Positions 9,901 through 18,536 of a stretch of DNA of 64,000 nt are shown here, piece by piece. Under the pieces are notes generated by a model. That model was not told the DNA's origin, made no database searches, and saw only the letters and a list, made by a program, of their open reading frames with translations. The stretch spans positions 800,001-864,000 of the forward strand of contig CBDCDZ010000004.1 of NCBI GenBank assembly GCA_965215565.1, read 5' to 3'. Every line of letters starts with the position of its first letter. Within the stretch, counting starts at the first letter, position 1. Source of the DNA: Trueperaceae bacterium (GTDB lineage: Bacteria; Deinococcota; Deinococci; Deinococcales; Trueperaceae). The position numbers were made by a program, and so were the translations under genes.

Positions 9901-10890
9901 ATTTTCGCGCCCTTCATCTACCGCAAAATCGGCGACTCGTACGCCGCTCTGATCTCTCCTCTCTTCAAGGAGATGCTAGAAGCGCACGAGCCGCATCCCG
10001 ATTACCGACAAGGCGACGCCTGGGATTGGGATAAAGTCGTGTCGAAGGTGCAAGAGCAGCACGGCAGCGTGCAAGGTCTGGACTTCATCCCGCAAGAGGT
10101 CAGAGACGTGCTAGTCTGCGCTCACGACATCTCACCCGAAGACCACGTCAAGATGCAGGGCACCGTGCAGAGCGCCTTTGATGCGGGCGGCGAGATGGTG
10201 GCGAACAGCATCTCGAAGACGATCAACATGCCCAACGAGGCGACCGTGAAAGAGGTCTATAACGCCTACAGCTTAGCCTTCGAGACGGGCTGTAAAGGGA
10301 TCACGGTCTATAGAGATGGCAGCAGGCAGTTCCAAGTCCTGAGTACGAAAAAAGAGGAGAAGAAAGCCAAGACTGCTTCAGCGAAACCTAAAGCTGCACC
10401 TGCAAATGCGCCTGTTACCAAGGACTCCCGCTTACCCGGCGAGCCCCTCTTCGACCGCCCCTGCCGTTTAGTCGGCTTTACCGACAACGTCAAGCTTACG
10501 ATGTCCTCGGGCGAGCGCCGGAGCTTTTACATCACCATCAACAAACAAGATGACCTGCCGACTGAGGTTTTCATTCAGTCGGGCAAAGGTGGCGAAGAGA
10601 TCATGGCGGACTCCGAGGCGCTCGGTCGACTCGCCTCGATTGCGCTTCAGTACGGCGTACCCGCCGAGGCGATCGTGAAGACGCTGCGCGGTATCAACGG
10701 CGGTATGTACGGCACCTATCAGGGGCGCATGGTGGCGTCGAAAGCGGACCTCATCGCGGTGGCGTTAGAGAGCGCTGGTGTCGCAAATGAGCTAAACAAA
10801 GGGCTCGCTTGCCCCGACTGCGGCGCTCCCCTGCGCTTCGAGGAGGGGTGCCAGAAGTGCGAAAGCTGCGGTTACAGCAAATGCTCATGA
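6925..10890 (+). CDS. nrdJ: Class II (adenosylcobalamin-dependent) ribonucleotide reductase with intein
   Basis: PGGRVLAGA, NCFV, TNPCGEIPL catalytic loop, RRLGLGVMG, APTGT, KGITVYRDGSR, TSCPD-like domain and C-terminal CxxC..EGCxxCxxCGYSKC. Confidence 0.95.
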   Translation: MDKPASARPLNFDDHAVAIAKRQYFQPGDEGLEGLFGRVASWVASPEGTKFSEGKGENQAHYEGAFYDLMASKRFCPGGRVLAGANTSHGNVLNCFVQDGSPEAPGTDAWVLGLATKLALVTKVGGGNGLCLDPLKPKRPYTQAVGNLFVTVSSSHPDYAKVKSGTYMDLVHGKYVTKGYRYAEFLELDDVDAGMNVREVGDSVESIWQGAGEMIQTLLRGEDVVLDLSRLRSEGTPVKGSGGTSSGPSSFAVEVFDNFAYWASLGGAEYAGPIATLRYIFAPTLRVIRQGGCLHPDTLVHTSRGTLRLSELVDSYQYGWQDHALKVATDEGWKDSPRGFNNGNAETLKVTLGNGQEIQGTSNHKLKVMCENGERQWVKLEDLREGDFVIQVLDQHTGTSVTLSSVEASTLHHNAKRITTPETLNERLAFFLGYLWGDGFVSGNRVGFAVSHNSPMIEETPKLFAELFGLEVRLEQKENDKSAIFVASSAALVQWLERNGLVKGRAKDLVLPRAIRQAPRPVLGAFLRGLFEADGTVTVGYPTLASASKQLVQEVAVMLGGLGIPTTLRGVAARTDRYSKGPYYHVKVVSAKGHKRFLGRIGMMAGSRFEALKAFQPNTARESSWALPHASALLQGAFDALPAGVKGRPSPYTQARKTLSRYIRGERQLTATGFERLEQDTLIADKLPEFAFDEFYTPVKSIQIGGRILTLDLSVDENRTYLANGMVSHNTRRGAGMATMSATHPDIQDFVTCKDLAREEAEGDISTFNISVLVTDDFMRRSKGRSGGTLHDVAEHAWQTGEPGLIFIDRINEFNPVRESLGDIKATNPCGEIPLFPGEPCDLGAINLAQYVETPSQGTNGFNWTDFRQDVKTCIRFLDNVLEVNKFALEDNRTMSMKLRRLGLGVMGLADALIKMGLTYNSQAGRDAVKEVITELRENATAASQELAEERGVFPGLASSSVAEPRRNIALLTVAPTGTTSMLMGVSSGVEPIFAPFIYRKIGDSYAALISPLFKEMLEAHEPHPDYRQGDAWDWDKVVSKVQEQHGSVQGLDFIPQEVRDVLVCAHDISPEDHVKMQGTVQSAFDAGGEMVANSISKTINMPNEATVKEVYNAYSLAFETGCKGITVYRDGSRQFQVLSTKKEEKKAKTASAKPKAAPANAPVTKDSRLPGEPLFDRPCRLVGFTDNVKLTMSSGERRSFYITINKQDDLPTEVFIQSGKGGEEIMADSEALGRLASIALQYGVPAEAIVKTLRGINGGMYGTYQGRMVASKADLIAVALESAGVANELNKGLACPDCGAPLRFEEGCQKCESCGYSKCS
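7801..9114 (+). mobile_element. Intein (438 aa) with LAGLIDADG homing endonuclease in NrdJ
   Basis: QGG|CLHPDT...MVSHN|TRRGAG junctions; block B TSNHK; FLGYLWGDG and FLRGLFEADG motifs. Confidence 0.95.
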
Positions 10891-10898
10891 ACTTCGGA

Positions 10899-10966
10899 TG
10901 TAGCGAGGGAATAAAGTCCGATACACGGGAATAAAGTCCGATACAAAGTAAAAAAGTCCAATACGG
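10899..10966 (+). repeat. Tn7-like end with three contiguous TnsB sites (right-end type)
   Basis: 8-bp terminus, then 20-bp units at 10907, 10927 and 10947 (GGGAATAAAGTCCGATACA-like). Confidence 0.92.
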
Positions 10967-11168
10967 ACTTGAGAGAATGATGAGCGCTTTTCAGTTGGCG
11001 AACCAAGTTGTGCATAGTTCATCGTTAGAGTTAAAAGCAGTCTACCTTCTTCTCAACTGAAGGGGTAGACTGCTCGCTAGTAATCTGTAGGTCTGCCGAA
11101 AGGTATAGCCGTTCAAGGAGCTCAAGGAGATTGTTCGGAAACCTACCACTTAGGGGCAAGCGCCATTT

Positions 11169-14100
11169 ATGAATGTGGACGAAACCAGAATAGTTAATCT
11201 GAAACCAGCCATTGATCAAATTAGGCAACGGCTCCATAGCGGGCAGGCGGCAGCTATGGTCGGAGCTGGCTTCAGCCTCAACGCCACAAAGAAATCAAAG
11301 GATGCCCCGAAGTTTCCGCTATGGAGCGACTTAACGGATCAAATTTTCCATCAGGTATATCCAGATTTTCCTAAAGACAACGACCATTTGAGCCACGAAC
11401 AGATCGCGTCCAAAGCGCGAAAGACATCTGATTTCTTGAGGCTCGCCCAAGACTTTGAGAATAACGATAGAAGTAAGTTAGATGCATTTCTCGAAAAAGC
11501 TATACCTGACAGAGACTACAACCCGGGAGAGCTACATAAGCAACTCCTGAACTTGCCCTGGGCTGACATCTTCACGACAAACCAGGATACGTTGCTCGAG
11601 AGAACCACTGGCTTCATTCAGCGGTATTACAGCGAAGTTTTGTCAGAAAAAGCCTTATCTTCTGCCGCACCCCCGCGAATTGTCAAGTTGCACGGAACTC
11701 TAGGGCACAACAATTATATCTTCACGGAACGCGACTTCGACAACTATCCTACCCACCATGAAGCGTTCGTCAGCTACGTCCAGACTTCACGGGCGATCAA
11801 TACGTTTTGCCTTTTTGGTTTTTCTGGTGATGACCCTAACTTCAAGAAGTGGAACAATTGGGTCTTGAATGTTATGGCAAATCACGCACCTCAGGTGTAC
11901 CTCATCGGCCTTCTTAACCTAAGTAAACAGGATAAAAATTACTGGCGAGACAGGAAAGTCGTTCCAATAGACCTCTCAGTCCTTTTCCAGCCAGGACAAA
12001 AGCCAGACCATGCGCTTGCCCTCGAATGGTTTCTAAACGAACTCCGAGACGAAAAGGGAGGGTCAGTCGTTGAAAAAGACGGCACGGAAGAAAGCGAAGA
12101 TGATGCGCCACTTCTCTCTTGGCCTAATGTACCGGGAGCGGCCAACACTAGACTTTACATGCCTGAGCCTTACGGAAAGGACCTGACGCATGATCAGCTA
12201 AAGGAGATTGCATTGCACTGGCGTAAGCAGCGGTTGTCCTATCCCGGCTGGCTCATTACTCCGCGTGCAAATAGAGAAAATTTGTGGTCTCTAACAGAGA
12301 TGTGGGTTGATCCAGTCTTCCAAGCTGCGCAAGATATGGATGTATCCGAAGCTATCTTAGTGCTTCATGAACTGTGCTGGCGTATTCGTCAATCGCTATT
12401 CCCTTTTCTTATCGATCATGCCAAAATCATTGCTGACAGGCTCGAAACTCTTAATCCGTTTCCTGATAACCCTGAATTAAGCGGCTCTGAAGTTGTACGC
12501 GGCAACGAAGCATTTGCTGAGCTGGACTGGAAGGTGTTGGAAGAGGCTTGGCTCGAGCTTGCTTTCGTGGTGGCGCAAGAGGCTAGAGAGGACCTAGACG
12601 AGCAGAGATTCACTGTATGGATGACAAGATTGGAGAGCGTCATCCCTAAAAATGGCGACTGGTATCACCGTTGGCACCACGAACAATGCTTAATGGCGCT
12701 CTATAAGTTAAACCAGAACAGCCTCGAGCAGCATCTAGGTGAATGGATCGTTCCCGAAGCAGATTTCGTTTGGTCACTCAGGAAGTCTGCCCTCTATGCT
12801 GAGCTAGGGCAAATCAAAACGGCAACGAAGTCTTTGGAGAAGAGCCTAACGACAATTGAAGAGGCCAATGAGAAGGAAGAAGACATACACATAGGACTTC
12901 TTTCTGCGGAAAGTTGGACACTATTCGCCCTCAACGGTATAAAACGGGCTGAAAGAATTTTTCCTAATGACACAGAGTGGCAATATAAATATTCCGCTCG
13001 CCGAGAAGCACTCAAAGCGTACAGATGCGACCCCGGTGACGAGATAGATTTCCTAAGCCAAAAGGTAAGCGGCCTGCTCCCTCAGGAGAAACCAGAAGAG
13101 ACCATCAAGCATGAATTTGACCCTGGAAGGGTGACAACGACAAAGCACTTCGGACATCCATCGTCTATCGTAGATAGGCGTCACGCCTTTGCGCTGCTAA
13201 CCCTACCTGAGCACGCTGGTATTCCTGTGCGCAGCGGCAGCGTGCGGTTTTTGAAGAATGCAGAGCAAGCGGCACAGTGGATTTGGCCTTCTGCCCCTTT
13301 GTGGGCGTTAAGTGCATATATCCGTAATGGTTACGACCACAATAAGCGGGTTGATCAGTGGCTTACACGGGTTGAGGTTGCGGGTATAGCGCAAGGTGTC
13401 GCTGATGCCAGCTTCCGCATGTTCGTCCCTGCACTAAAGCAAGTGATAAGATTATTGCCTACCGAACCGCCGAGACGGAGCAGCTTTTCAGAAGAGATAG
13501 TTGTCGCCCTTGGGGAAGTGCTTTCTCGCTTAACGGTCCTCTTCTCTCCGCAGCAACTTGAAGAGCTTTTGGATGTCACTTTAGCGATGTACGAGAGCCC
13601 GGCGTTCCAAAAGGATTTTCGCCTTTACAGTGTAGTTGAGAAGTTTTTAAGGCGTGTCTTGCTAGCCCTCCCGAATACCGAACTTACCCAGCGCCTACCG
13701 GAAATTCTAAGCCTCACCTTTCCTGGAGATAAACACTCCCTAGTTGACGACATGGCGTCAGGAAACTGGCCCGAGCCCGTCAATTACATCCAATGGGATT
13801 TGCTAAATGAAGAGCTCATTGATAAGAAGGGTTCCGAGTGGGTTAGCGTGATAAGCAAGCTCACGACTGACGTTGAACATGGGTCTTCTCAAGTTAGGTC
13901 TCGAGTGGCGAGCAGGTTAGAGAAGCTTTCAAGTGCAAACCTATTGACCTCCGACCAGAAACAAGCCTTTGGCAAAGCGCTCTGGTCAAGGACATACGAG
14001 ACCCTAGACCTTCCTTCAGAAACGGAGTTCACCCCTTACGGTTTTATGGTCCTGCCAGCTCCCGAGCCCAGACGCGCAGTTGAAAGCCTGCGCTCCTACA

Positions 14101-15101
14101 TAAAGGACAACGATTTCCCTCGACTCTTCTCCTATGAGGAACCTAAAGCATCTCCCGTTAGTCATTTGACAAGGGAGGGCAAACCCGACCTCTACTACAG
14201 CCGTAACCGTAAAACAGAGAATCTCATCAATGCTTGGAAATATGCTTCAAAACGTCCCATAGATACTCTCGTGAGAAAAGATGCTTACCTTATCGAATGG
14301 TCGCCTGAGGAAGCCAGCGAACTCTTCGATAAGATTCTCACCTGGTGGCGGTGCGAAAAAGATGACGTTTTAGAAGCGAAGGTAAAAATCGCTTTTAAAG
14401 ACGAAATTCAGAATAGGATTCATGAGGTTCTTTATATCGTCGGGCATACGATTCTTCCACATTTCAAGGCGAGTGAAGAGAGCGAGAAAAGCAAGGTTTT
14501 CGACTTTTTAGAGGACCTGGAGAATTCTGATTTCGTTGTTCTCTCACCTCTGCCGATGACACTCTATCTAAACAGTTCGAAAGAGCGGCAAAGGCAATTA
14601 ACAGACAAACTCCGTAGGGGTATTCATAGCCAAGCTAAAGAAGAAGTCAGTGAAGCTCTGCAAAGTACGATGGATTGGTTAGCCTACGCCGCACTTGGTG
14701 AGCTTCCCGAAGCACCCCAGACTGTCCTCGAAGACGTCGCTCTAAAATTGGTTGCTCGGCGTGGACCTAAGCTTCGGTCTACAATTCAGATACTGACTTG
14801 GATTATCAGATTTGTCCCGCAAGTTCTAGGTGAGGTTTCGCTGAGATACATTCTCATTGCCCTTCAGTTTTTGCTCGAGGAGACGACAACCGCGCACGAG
14901 ATAAAATCAGCTCACACCCCTATTTCGGCTGAAGAGATACCTCACCTCCGAGTAGAGGCGGCTAAATTAGCGAGTGAGCTTTACCGCTATTACGGCGAGT
15001 GTGGAAGAGAAATGCCTGAGATACTGCAAGAGTGGCAGCAGATATCTTTTGAGGACCCACTTCCAGAAGTAAGAAAAGCTTTTTCTACGACTCAGAACTA
15101 G
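11169..15101 (+). CDS. SIR2-domain defence protein (Dsr1-like defence-associated sirtuin)
   Basis: N-terminal SIR2-like motifs VGAGFS, FTTNQD, KLHG, FGFSGDDPNF followed by about 1000 aa of probably helical sequence; AT-richer than the host genes. Confidence 0.8.
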   Translation: MNVDETRIVNLKPAIDQIRQRLHSGQAAAMVGAGFSLNATKKSKDAPKFPLWSDLTDQIFHQVYPDFPKDNDHLSHEQIASKARKTSDFLRLAQDFENNDRSKLDAFLEKAIPDRDYNPGELHKQLLNLPWADIFTTNQDTLLERTTGFIQRYYSEVLSEKALSSAAPPRIVKLHGTLGHNNYIFTERDFDNYPTHHEAFVSYVQTSRAINTFCLFGFSGDDPNFKKWNNWVLNVMANHAPQVYLIGLLNLSKQDKNYWRDRKVVPIDLSVLFQPGQKPDHALALEWFLNELRDEKGGSVVEKDGTEESEDDAPLLSWPNVPGAANTRLYMPEPYGKDLTHDQLKEIALHWRKQRLSYPGWLITPRANRENLWSLTEMWVDPVFQAAQDMDVSEAILVLHELCWRIRQSLFPFLIDHAKIIADRLETLNPFPDNPELSGSEVVRGNEAFAELDWKVLEEAWLELAFVVAQEAREDLDEQRFTVWMTRLESVIPKNGDWYHRWHHEQCLMALYKLNQNSLEQHLGEWIVPEADFVWSLRKSALYAELGQIKTATKSLEKSLTTIEEANEKEEDIHIGLLSAESWTLFALNGIKRAERIFPNDTEWQYKYSARREALKAYRCDPGDEIDFLSQKVSGLLPQEKPEETIKHEFDPGRVTTTKHFGHPSSIVDRRHAFALLTLPEHAGIPVRSGSVRFLKNAEQAAQWIWPSAPLWALSAYIRNGYDHNKRVDQWLTRVEVAGIAQGVADASFRMFVPALKQVIRLLPTEPPRRSSFSEEIVVALGEVLSRLTVLFSPQQLEELLDVTLAMYESPAFQKDFRLYSVVEKFLRRVLLALPNTELTQRLPEILSLTFPGDKHSLVDDMASGNWPEPVNYIQWDLLNEELIDKKGSEWVSVISKLTTDVEHGSSQVRSRVASRLEKLSSANLLTSDQKQAFGKALWSRTYETLDLPSETEFTPYGFMVLPAPEPRRAVESLRSYIKDNDFPRLFSYEEPKASPVSHLTREGKPDLYYSRNRKTENLINAWKYASKRPIDTLVRKDAYLIEWSPEEASELFDKILTWWRCEKDDVLEAKVKIAFKDEIQNRIHEVLYIVGHTILPHFKASEESEKSKVFDFLEDLENSDFVVLSPLPMTLYLNSSKERQRQLTDKLRRGIHSQAKEEVSEALQSTMDWLAYAALGELPEAPQTVLEDVALKLVARRGPKLRSTIQILTWIIRFVPQVLGEVSLRYILIALQFLLEETTTAHEIKSAHTPISAEEIPHLRVEAAKLASELYRYYGECGREMPEILQEWQQISFEDPLPEVRKAFSTTQN

Positions 15102-15107
15102 CGAGGG

Positions 15108-17651
15108 TCAAGCGAGAAGGCGGTGCACCACCGCATCGAGCAACTGCTCCGCGTCCCCCTGCGCCCGCTTTAGCCCCTCCTCCAGCGCGTCAATCAGCCC
15201 CATAAGCTCATCCACCTTAGCAACGATGCGTTTTTGTTCGTTGAGGGGCGGGAGAGGAAATACAAAGTTTTTTATGGACTTAACACCTACGTTTGCCTGA
15301 GTGGTTTTATTAGGCTCTGTTGAAATTCTTCAGTACTAGTTGTTAGAAAAGGGCATGAGCGACGTAAGAATCAAGGCTAAGCAGTGGACTAAAATCAAGG
15401 CATTCTTAGATGAGAACCCGCAGGTGTATGTAGGACAGGAGAAGCAGTGCCGTAAATTTGTTGAAGGGGTACTGTGGATGTTGCGTTCGGGTGCACAGTG
15501 GCGACTTCTCCCCCCGAGGTATGGCAATTGGAACAGTGTGTATAAGCGTTTTGACAGATGGAGTGAACGAGGCATCTGGAAGGAAATGTTTGAGCACTTT
15601 GCTGATGATCCCGATATGGAAAGTGTGATGATGGACGGCAGTGTCGTGCGAGCCCATGCGTGTTCGGCAGGTGCGCCCCATAAAAAAGGGGTCAAGAAGA
15701 ACAACACCTCGGCTATAGTCGCGGCGGGTTCAGTAGCAAGATACACGTCTTAGTCGATGCTTTAGGCAATCCGTTGCGGCTCTTACTCAGTGCCGGACAA
15801 GCGCACGAAGCGCCTTATGCCAAAGCCTTACTCGCAGACTATGAGGTTGAATTTGTGTTTGGTGACAAAGCCTATGACGCTGAAGCTATCCTCACGACTA
15901 TCGCTGAGATGGACGCCGAAGCGGTCATTCCACCCAAAAGCAACCGCAAAGAGCAGCGCGATTATGACGAAGAACTGTACAAAGAGCGTCACCTAGTTGA
16001 ATGCTTTTTCAACAAGCTCAAGCAGTATAGGCGCTGCTTCTCACGCTTCGATAAGTTCGCTCGTAACTACCTCGGCTTCTTACACTTCGCCTCGGCTCTC
16101 ATCTGGTTGCGGTGAAATGTCAACACAACCTAGTATATCTTGCGATCTCATTTTTTACAAGTCCAGACAACGAATAAAAGTAGATATATCTTGGCTCTAC
16201 GTGTCCCTTTAAGTTCTTGACAACTGCGCACGAGTAAGACGCAAGAAAGTCTATATCCGTTTCAACGAGTCCATTCTCTCCAATAGTGCCATAACGGGGG
16301 AAATGATGTCATCTCTCTTAGGCTGTATCTTACGACTCAACCGCTCAAAGTCGGTATTAGAAATTTTCTTTGCTGTTGAAAAGTTGATCTCGTTGTCCCC
16401 CGTAAAATCTCGAGGAGATACATAAGGTACGCCTTCTCTTACCTCTTCCGGCATCTTATGATCTACATCTCCTATTTGAAGCGAAACTTCATCCCATCTA
16501 CACCAGCGCCAAGTATTTGGTATTCGTATGGAAGTTTCGTCAGAACTAACTGGAGTTAAACCCTTTGTTTTTCGTATCTTTCCCTCTTCAACTAATTTTG
16601 CTTTCTCAGCTTCTATGCTCTCGAGCAACACTCCCGCCGGTTCATCCTCCGGGTCTTGGGGCACGAGCTTCCCCTGCACCGCCAGTTGCAACACCGCCTT
16701 GCGCAACGCCGCGACGCCCCCCGGCGCAGCGCACAAGAGGTCGAAGTTGTCCCGCACGCGCCGCCAGCTCCCCGCAAACGTATCCGCGTCCTCTGCGCTC
16801 AGGAGAGAGCTTAGCGCCGCGCCGCCGAACCTCATGCGGGCGTCCCTTTTGGCGCGTCCTTGCGCCTCGAGCCTGTCTATAAGCCCCATAAGCTCGTCCA
16901 CTTTGGCGACGATGCGTTTTTGTTCCTCGAGGGGTGGGAGGGGGAACAGAAGTGTATTTAGCTTGCCCTGATAAATCGCTGCAACATTAGTCGTATTTGA
17001 TTTGAGAAGGTCTAGTAGACTTTTACCCGAGGGAGACTGAAACCAGAGATTAGCAAAAGCATTATTAACACCCGGTCCGAAAATAACTTTAAGAATATTG
17101 TTGTTGAACAGCCAAATTTCTCCTGTCGGATTGAGAAATACACACGTTTTACCTACCAGCTCGAAGCTATTTCTCGTGTTGAAAAGAAAATCACCTTCAG
17201 ATAACTTGTACTTCTCAAGCTCTTCCTGGCTGGCATCGACTTTGGTAATGTCGCTAAAATCACACAACCCTGTTGTAGAAATATTGTTCATTTTGAAATA
17301 TGGGTAGTTGTTGCTTTCAGATTGTAAACGTTTTGCGCGTTCTAAGCCTGTGTGAGAATCGAGTTTTATAGATTCGAAATCTACCCAAACCCAAGATTGT
17401 GGAAGACAGAATGGACCATCAACCGACTCTGGAGTGAATAACTTTGATTTCCGAATCTGCTTATTCTGTATCTGGTTATATTTCTCTAACGTTAGTTTGC
17501 GAACTAACGCTGAGGCAGACTCATCACTCGGGTCTTGTTCGACTAACTTCCCCTGCACCGCAAGCTGCAACACCAGCTCGCGCAGCTTCTTGGCGGCGTT
17601 GGGCGCGTCGGTCAAGAGGTCGAAGTGGCGCTCTAAGGTCTCAGGCGTCAT
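15108..17651 (-). pseudogene. hsdS: Type I RM specificity subunit, disrupted in TRD2 by a 1-nt deletion (about 16300) and an IS insertion
   Basis: LQLAVQGKLV twice and PLPPLxEQKRIVAKVDELM twice; the 3' piece at 15108-15312 rejoins in frame when the IS and one TA are removed. Confidence 0.9.
15313..16130 (+). mobile_element. IS5-family (IS427-like) insertion sequence, 818 bp, copy 1
   Basis: IRs GGCTCTGTTGAAATT / AATGTCAACACAACC, TA duplication; orfA 15355-15753 and orfB ending 16115 joined by an AAAAAAGGGG slippery site; YKERHLVECFFNKLK motif. Confidence 0.93.
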
Positions 17652-18006
17652 CGTCAGCGCGTCCTTCTTCAGTTTGGTCTAACGCGCTTTGCAGCTCGGG
17701 CAAGAGCACAGGGATTTCGTTCTCGACCACATCCCACACGGTCTCCAAGCGGATGCCGAAGTAGTGGTGCGCCAGCACGTCACGAAACCGCGCTAGGCTG
17801 CGCCAGGGGATAGCGGGGTGCTGCTCGCGCACCTCGGCGGGGATGTTTTTGGCAGCTTCCCCCATGATTTGCAGGTTGTGAAGGGTCGCGTCTATGACCT
17901 GTTCGTCGCCTCGGAACCTCTCAAAGTCGTAGCCCTGAGTATAGCGCTGTACCTTTTGCGCTGCGCCCCGCATGTCCTCCAAAAAGAGGCGGGTGCTACG
18001 CGGCAT
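17641..18006 (-). CDS. HEPN (DUF86/HepT-like) RNase toxin
   Basis: IMGEAAK...IPWRSLARFRDVLAHHY containing the RX4H motif. Confidence 0.9.
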   Translation of the reverse strand: MPRSTRLFLEDMRGAAQKVQRYTQGYDFERFRGDEQVIDATLHNLQIMGEAAKNIPAEVREQHPAIPWRSLARFRDVLAHHYFGIRLETVWDVVENEIPVLLPELQSALDQTEEGRADDDA

Positions 18007-18307
18007 GGATGGTCAGTAAGTCCTGCTGTACCTCTTCGGTGACGTGAGGGTTCAGCGTGCCTTGCGTCGCCAAGTCCACCTTGCAGCCTAAGAGGTCTTC
18101 CAGGTAGAGCAGTGCGCCCGTGTACTGCCGAAAGGTCGGAGCGCTGCCGAAGTCCGCCAAGAGGTCTACGTCGCTCTCGGCGCTGCGCTGGTCTCTAGCG
18201 GTTGAGCCGAAGAGCGACAAGCTGCGAACGCCGTAGCGGGATTCTAGGACGTTAAGGTGTTCGCGCAGCGTTTGGATGATGTGTTCGCGCTTTAGCTCAC
18301 CTGTCAT
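17996..18307 (-). CDS. Minimal nucleotidyltransferase (MNT) antitoxin
   Basis: LFGSTARDQRSAESDVD (GSX10DXD), KVDL; overlaps the HEPN gene. Confidence 0.9.
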   Translation of the reverse strand: MTGELKREHIIQTLREHLNVLESRYGVRSLSLFGSTARDQRSAESDVDLLADFGSAPTFRQYTGALLYLEDLLGCKVDLATQGTLNPHVTEEVQQDLLTIHAA

Positions 18308-18536
18308 AATTTGTGCGGCGCTCCATCCCCCTTAGCAGTTCCTTCTGCGCCTTCGGGTCGTGCATAGGCTCCGCGAACGCTTCCCAGAGGGCGATGGTCT
18401 CTTCGATGCGTTGCGCCTCTGTATTCTGGTCTATGTCCTGACCCGCTTCGATGTCTTCCAATGCAGCGGCGAGTCTGAAAAGGGCACTATCGTCAAGCTG
18501 GTCTATCTTTCTGCGTAACTGTTCTCTCACGGTCAT
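18297..18536 (-). CDS. Small hypothetical protein (79 aa), overlapping hsdM and the MNT gene
   Basis: Overlaps both neighbours; helical, antitoxin-like composition. Confidence 0.65.
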   Translation of the reverse strand: MTVREQLRRKIDQLDDSALFRLAAALEDIEAGQDIDQNTEAQRIEETIALWEAFAEPMHDPKAQKELLRGMERRTNYDR

